This document shows, one piece after another, positions 57,991-64,000 of a stretch of 64,000 nt of DNA (position 1 is the first letter of the stretch; each line of letters starts with the position of its first letter). The notes below the pieces were generated by a model. The model had not been told where the DNA came from. It did not search any database and saw nothing but the letters and a program-made list of their open reading frames with translations. The stretch is from Macrostomum lignano (Eukaryota), in the NCBI GenBank assembly GCA_002269645.1, contig NIVC01000151.1, positions 434,001 to 498,000 of the forward strand, given 5' to 3'. The position numbers and the translations under genes are program-made.

Positions 57991-59831
57991 GAGGAGTTGA
58001 TTATTTGCTTAAGAATTGTTTGTTTTCTTTTCCGGACTTTTCTGAGTTTACGTTGAGTTTTCAAATTGTTTGTACTGTATCGTGTGCGTTCAGTAGGCTT
58101 TCTGCCAGTTTTGGGCTTTTCAAGCCGTTGCCTTTTTTGATTGTTGGTTTGTGTCTGTTTTTTGTTTCTGGTTTTTGAAATCAGATTTTTTTCATTTCGA
58201 GCGCAGTTGGCGCATTTTTTTCCTTTGAGTTTGAGCTGTTTGAAGTTTCTGTTAAGTTATGGTGATGGGTTTTTTCAGTCAACCGTTTTCGACTTTATTA
58301 AAATTGCGAGTTTAAGCTGAGTTGCAATTTTTTAATATTTTTCAATGTTCAGTAGTAACTAATTTCAGTTTGCGGTCTTGCGCATTTTCATTCATTTCAT
58401 TCGCGAGTCTTGGTGGCGGGTGGCGAAGCATTTCTTTTTTAGTTTGGCTTTTGAGCTCTTTTGAGCCCTCACGCTTCTCGTGCTGTTCCCAGGCGTTGTA
58501 TGTTTTTTTGCTATGGTCATAGTTTGTCCGTTCGGTTACTAGGTACTCAAGCTCAGTGTTTCCGGTCTTTGTTGCTGACATTGCTCTGTCAGGAAGGGGG
58601 GGGGTGTTGGCAAGAGAAGGTACATTTATTTATTTCTGATTTAAGATATTTATATATTATTTAGTTTTTGTTTCTGTGTACATTGAAGTCCAACCCCCCT
58701 CTCTGAATCATGTAGCTCGGACGTGCGCTCAGCACCCAGCCCCTTTTACGTAAGTGCTAGTGCTAATATATATTTGCAGTCTCAGTCGCTCGAGAGTGTG
58801 CAACTGCGGTTTTTTTGTTAGTTAAAATTTGCATTGGGCTGCGGCCCTTAAAGTCGATTCATTTCTGTGAAGACTGGTTTTTTGCATGACTCGACAAGAG
58901 CGCAAGATCACATAACTGCAACGCGGTTACGGAACGGCCCGTTCTATAAAGCCATCGTAAGATAAGATCATTCTTAGCTCCTATCTCCGCAGTGTAAAGT
59001 TCCGACGTACGATCCAGCTTACGCTAACGCGACAGCTTTATACGAGCGTTGTATACGACCCCACAGTGTGAAATTATGGGTTCTGAGACGAGACAAATGT
59101 TTGCAATTGGAAGTTGGAAAAACACGCAAAACCCTTGTGCGCGTTGTTGTAGTTTTTATTTAAATTGAATTCTTCGAGTCAGCATAAATTACGAGTAATA
59201 GACAGAGATTAGGGGTGGTGGGTGCCGAGAGTGAGAGAGAGTCAATTTGAGAAGTAAATTAATTTGGATAACTCCAATCCCCGATGCAAGGGTGCACTTG
59301 AACTAAAATCAACAATAATATTCCGAGAGAACTATTGAGTGGCAAATAACCATAGGTAATTGATAAATTAATGACTAATTAAACAAGTTTAAACCACGAG
59401 CTCTAGGAATTATTGAAGCTTGCCTATATGTACATCAAATTAATTAGGCCTAGTTTGAATGAATTCAGCTTGCTAGCGGTGGGGGGACACCAACTCAGAG
59501 TGCTGTGAGTTGGCTCTGCTGTAGTGGTGACTTTCTCTCTCTGTATTATATGGTACTCGTACCCTTATTAATCGACCGGACCGGACTGAACTGATATATC
59601 ATTCTGTTTACCCTGTTTCTGCTTTGCTTTTAAATATTTGCTGTGATTATTATGGCATGCTCTGAATATGACGGTTTGCGTCGAAACCCGTTAGCTTTAA
59701 AAGCGTTTGTTTTTTAACGTTTCGTCTTAAATTCAAGTGAGAGTATTCAACGCTTGTAGAAGCTGAGCAAAAGCAATTTACGATCACAATTCCACCAATA
59801 AAAATTCGCTGAAGTATATTAGAAAGCAAAA

Positions 59832-62797
59832 TCACTGCACTGGCAGACGCAGGGCAATCCTGGCTCGCAACACCCTGGCAATCAGCTGCTCCTTGTAGAG
59901 CAGCATGGCTGGATCCCGCACGGACTTTTTCTCCAGACCCCGGCCCCAGCTGCGGTAGTGGTGCAGTCCTGCTGTTTCGAATTTAACGTATTCGGTGCTT
60001 CTCCCATTAAAATAGCGCCACACATTGTGCACCCCCAGAATGCGGACATGATGGGGCTGGGCGATCATCTTCGACCTGGATATCGGCGAATAGATCTCGG
60101 CCTCGCGGCGCAGCTTGAGTAGAGCGCTCAGCTTCAGACCAGTGATGGTGGCATTACGCGAGACCTCGGGATCGCTGGCCCATTCAAGCCGAAAGAATGC
60201 GTTCTTAAATGCCAGACCACCGATGCTACCGTCCGACATGAAAGCTCGGGTCAGGTCCCGCCAGCTGCGAAACCGCTCTCCTCTCGGAACAATCACTTCG
60301 TCCATGTCGGTGAAAACCGCGAACTCGTACTGAGCCGCAGCGCGCATCAGACAGTCCTGCAGCATCGCGCACTGGCCGAAATACTTCAATTCTACAACGT
60401 AGCCTGGAGGCTGCGGGTCGACGTCTACTTTCAATGGCGGTTGGAAGGGAAGGACGGTGACGTCACTGGCGAACTGCAGGTGCGAATAGGCGAGATATGA
60501 GTATGAAGGCTGGTGCAAGTGAAGATATATTATTAAAAAGGTGAGTAAACAAATAGAAACATTATTTTTGAGGAGTCAGAATCACAGATACAAGTACATA
60601 AGTGCTTGTCCCATCGTTAGGGCGCCGGGTTCAGGTTCTGGCACCCAGGAGACAGCCGCCAAGCCGCCGGCATGACAAATCATCAGCGCGGTAGGTTTTA
60701 TAACAACGTATACATACATGTACACATTAAAATCACCAAGGGTCGAAAAGAATTGATACATACTAAGAACTGGAGGAAGGCTCACAACGCTAAAATCAAG
60801 AAATGGTCAGTTGGACAAGTCTAGGTGGATGATGTTTGTACGCACATCTAATAGGATGATGCTTTTTTCATAAACTATACACCAGAAAGTATATACTTGA
60901 GAAGCACAACCAGGGTTTAAGGCCACTCACGTGCTTATTCGAAAGCAGCTCGGTCACTCGCCTGCTCGTTGAGTGCTTGTACACAAAGAAATGGTCGGCA
61001 CCGAAAAGGCGGTTCAGTTCCAGCGTCTGCACCAGCTCGTCCACCTTGTTGTACTTGGACTGCAGAGGTGACATGCACACAGCGAATCTGCCGTTGCGCA
61101 CCGGCTCGGACGGCAGAGCAAGCACCGGGTGCACTGCGTGGGGCTGACCACAGGCCGACCTGCGGGCAGATGCGACCAGTTGGGGTTCTGAGCTTCAGTT
61201 TGTATTCTGAGCTTCAGTTTGTATTCTGAGCTTCAGTTTGTATTCTGAGCTTCAGTTTGTATTCTGAGCTTCAGTTTGTATTCTGAGCTTCAGTTTGTAT
61301 TCTGAGCTTCAGTTTGTATTCTGAGCTTCAGTTTGTATTCTGAGCTTCAGTTTGTATTCTGAGCTTCAGTTTGTATTCTGAGCTTCAGTTGTATTCTGAG
61401 CTTCAGTTGGGATTCTAAGCTTCAGTTGGGATTCTAAGCTTCAGTTGGGATTCTGAGCTTCAGTTGGGATTCTGAGCTTCAGTTTGAATTCTGAGCTTCA
61501 GTTTGTATTCTGAGCTTCTGAGCTCCGGCTCACAAGTTTATCAACGCGTGCCGTGAGCTATCAGACTCGGGTTCTCAGGCTCTCCATTCAAAGTCAACGC
61601 CTTTGTCAATTGAGTCCAGATTCTCATCGCCTTACCATCACCAAAGCAATGGAAGGACTGAATCTGCAGTTAAGTCTGCCAAAAAAAGAATATCAGTTGA
61701 TCCTGGGACTATCGAAATATGACATAGACAGGAAAAGATGGCAAAAGGCATACTGTTCCCTTCATCATTCTGTATGGACATCCGATGATGGAGGAATTCC
61801 ATCCCTGTTCATTGACGAAGCTGTAACCCCAATGGCACAGCACAATTCAGCAGATTGAGCAGACCGCATCTGAAATTCACAAGACAGTGAGTGATGCAGC
61901 AGTGCCACAAGTCTAAGAAGAGTCTCGACCGAATCCGAATCGGCTCGATTGTGGTTCTACACGACCCGAAAAGTAAGCTGTGGCAGCGGAGGAGTGTGAT
62001 GGCGGAGGTAGGCAAACACGGACTCCTTGATCAAGCTAGCTTGTGGTTGAAAACTACGAGAAATGGTATCTACGTCGGGCCAACACTGCCTTGGAGCGCC
62101 GATGATCTGCACCAGGCGACTAGGAAGCTGGTGGATCTAGAATGTACCAAGACGGACAACGAGAGACCTGAGGATCAGAGGTCTCGCGTTAGTGCCAGGT
62201 CCACAAAACATCCCGCCAGTTCGGTTTCAGTGCATCCGATTGGGGCAGTCGAGAGCTCAGTGTCAACAGAGAAGAGATCTGATGCTCATTTGATGGGTCT
62301 GCTTGTGGAAAGGCAATTTTTGCAGCTTCCAAAACTTTACATATCTTGTACAACAGAATAACCAAATATATATATATTTGTTCTAAAGGCAAAAACTAAT
62401 TTTGCTACTGAAGAAAGAATTGATGAAATCATTTTTTCAAGTGACCTATCCGTTTATTCCAGTATCTGTGTACTCACCTAGCAAAGGACACGCCATACGG
62501 TACCTCCCGATCTCTGGCCGGATTAATGCAGCTGATGACCACAGAGTCGTAGGGCCAGGCGTGCCCCCCAGGCACAATCTCCGCAGTGGCTGGCACGGCC
62601 ACCATCGCCGACCGCTGATACCACGCCGATGTATCTCGTCGATACCACAGTTGGCAAAGCTGGCCGTCTACCCGGCCACCCAAGGCGATGCCGACCACTC
62701 GGACAACAGGCCGTCTGGAGCTGTCTCTTCGGTCATAGAAGGCCGAGTAGGTAAACAAACTTCTGTCCGCGGGATTGCTGCTCAGAAACTGATGCTC
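59832..62797 (-). CDS. Glycosyltransferase family 92 (DUF23) protein, last three exons; 5' exons not located
   Basis: Exons ~62797-62478, 61159-60931, 60473-59832 with consistent phases. Motifs YSAFYDRR, FAVCMSPL, LFGADHFFVY, GQCAMLQDCL, FTDMDEVIVP, GVHNV, LHHYR. Confidence 0.85.
61187..61520. repeat. 19-bp minisatellite (TTCTGAGCTTCAGTTTGTA)n, ~17 copies
   Basis: Direct tandem repetition next to a GT92 splice acceptor. Confidence 0.95.
61600..62100 (+). pseudogene. Decayed Gypsy-like pol C-terminal fragment in a GT92 intron
   Basis: HKSKKSLDRIRIGSIVVLHDPKSKLWQRRSVMAEVG resembles the post-integrase L.G..V...D....W...G segment of Gypsy elements. Confidence 0.35.
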
Positions 62798-62914
62798 CTG
62801 TATTGGACAAAGGAGCATCATATTTCCTTTAAGATGAAATGCTTGCCTGCCTTGACATTCACTGACCTTTCAAAGTTAGCCATGTAAATACGCGGGTTGT
62901 TGTCTACCTTTAGA

Positions 62915-63222
62915 GGGGTTGTAGCCTAGAGGTTAGGGCATCGGACTCACGACTGAAAGGTCGAGGGTTCGATTCTCGACCTACTCGGAACAATTTGTGT
63001 CCTTCAGCAAGGCACTTAACTCTGCATTGCTTCAGTTCACCCAGCTGTAAAATGGGTGCCAGCATTAGCTGGGGTAATTGAGGGTGTGTGTGGCGACCCC
63101 CCAGTCCTTGGACTGAACAGCCGTACGCAGCATTCAGATGCGCCGCGCAATAGCTGCGGCTGAGCTGTCGGTTGCACATCTGGCCATTAAGTCAGGTGCA
63201 ATCAATTATTAATTATTATATT
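62915..63222 (+). mobile_element. tRNA-derived CORE-type SINE
   Basis: A box TAGCCTAGAGG, B box GGTTCGATTCT, then TGTGTCCTTCAGCAAGGCACTTAACTC...CTGTAAAATGGG (similar to the MIR/CORE domain) and an AT-rich ATT-repeat tail. Confidence 0.8.
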
Positions 63223-64000
63223 TATTGCCGAAACAAAGTTCCAACAGCTGAAAACGTTACCTGAAAATATTCTAATTTGAGGCTCCGACTCGTTCCAGAG
63301 TTATTCGCAGGTGAATATAAACAGAGAGTTATGCAGAATGGTTAGTTAACTCAGAACTACGAGCGAACGTCTGCTTACGAGCGTATCAGCTCCTCATGCA
63401 GTTGAAAGTAGGGCAAAAGCTGGGCTACCTGTTTACGTACGGGGAGGACGAGCGATCCCGGATACACCCGCACCGATCAAGGACTCCAGTGTCACGACCA
63501 GAGAGTAATAAGACACTGTAACGTTATACACCCATGGGTTGCGTGTACGTTAAGGGAAGTTGTCGCAAATGGATATAAAATAAACACGCGTTTTTTCGAG
63601 GGGAGGAGTGGATCATGAGCAGGGAGTATGCGCGTAGGACACAGTGTACGCTGTACTAAAATATCCAACTGCTTCTGGCATATCGCACGTACTTGCCGGC
63701 AATTGTCCTATTAGCTCACAAGCCCACACCAGCGCAGCGCTGATGCGGATTCAAATATTCCGCTTTGATCGCAACACCATTTGCCTGCCGCCCCGGGGGA
63801 AGCGAAGAAGCGCTCTGGAGTCCTCGGAGAATCGCAATGCCAGTTTAAGGGCGTGGATCGATCGCCACGGTAAATTCCACCAGAGCTGAAGCTACATGGG
63901 GACGTAAAAAGTAACTCTGGCTGTAACACTATACTGAAATAGCGAAAGTTCCAGTTTTCGCGATACTTCTGAACATGTTTGCAATTTCCGTACTCTCCAA

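Larger units (their letters stand above)
51132..58910 (+). mobile_element. BEL/Pao LTR retrotransposon, full length (7.1 kb plus a 0.68-kb MITE insertion), gag-pol frameshifted
   Basis: 306-bp LTRs TG...CA at 51132-51437 and 58605-58910 (3 differences seen); 6-bp TSD CATAAC; PBS TGGTAGCAGAGCGTGG (tRNA-iMet-like) at ~51440; PPT AGGAAGGGGGGGGG before the 3' LTR. Confidence 0.95.

Noticed and set aside
62920-62990. Functional tRNA gene
   Set aside because: A and B boxes are present, but I found no clean acceptor stem, and it continues into a CORE-like body, so it is a SINE head.
63430-63520. Candidate upstream GT92 exon ending in a CAG|GTAG donor
   Set aside because: No convincing frame, signal anchor or acceptor, so it was not added to the gene model.

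Overview
Eukaryotic, intron- and tandem-repeat-rich invertebrate DNA. The GC-rich exons and minisatellite introns suggest a Macrostomum-like flatworm, but that is an inference. The main feature is a complete, young ~16.9-kb Polinton/Maverick (adintovirus-like) element at 3464-20408 with 354-bp TIRs and a 6-bp GGGGTG target-site duplication. It encodes pPolB, major and minor capsid proteins, a packaging ATPase, an adenain-like protease, a fibre-like protein, an HNH endonuclease, PLA2 and an integrase. The top discovery is a 301-nt, structurally complete subgroup IC1-like group I self-splicing intron (17834-18134). It interrupts the Y-x-G|P-G-T loop of the PLA2(-integrase) gene, apparently ends in A rather than the universal G, and lies ~100 bp from a free-standing HNH endonuclease. 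Host genes are an unknown ORF running off the left edge, a SET-domain methyltransferase, CPSF4, an SLC16/MCT transporter, a METTL2-like methyltransferase and a GT92 glycosyltransferase. The window also holds a young BEL/Pao LTR retrotransposon with a foldback MITE in its integrase, a Merlin remnant, several MITEs, a tRNA-CORE SINE and many minisatellites.
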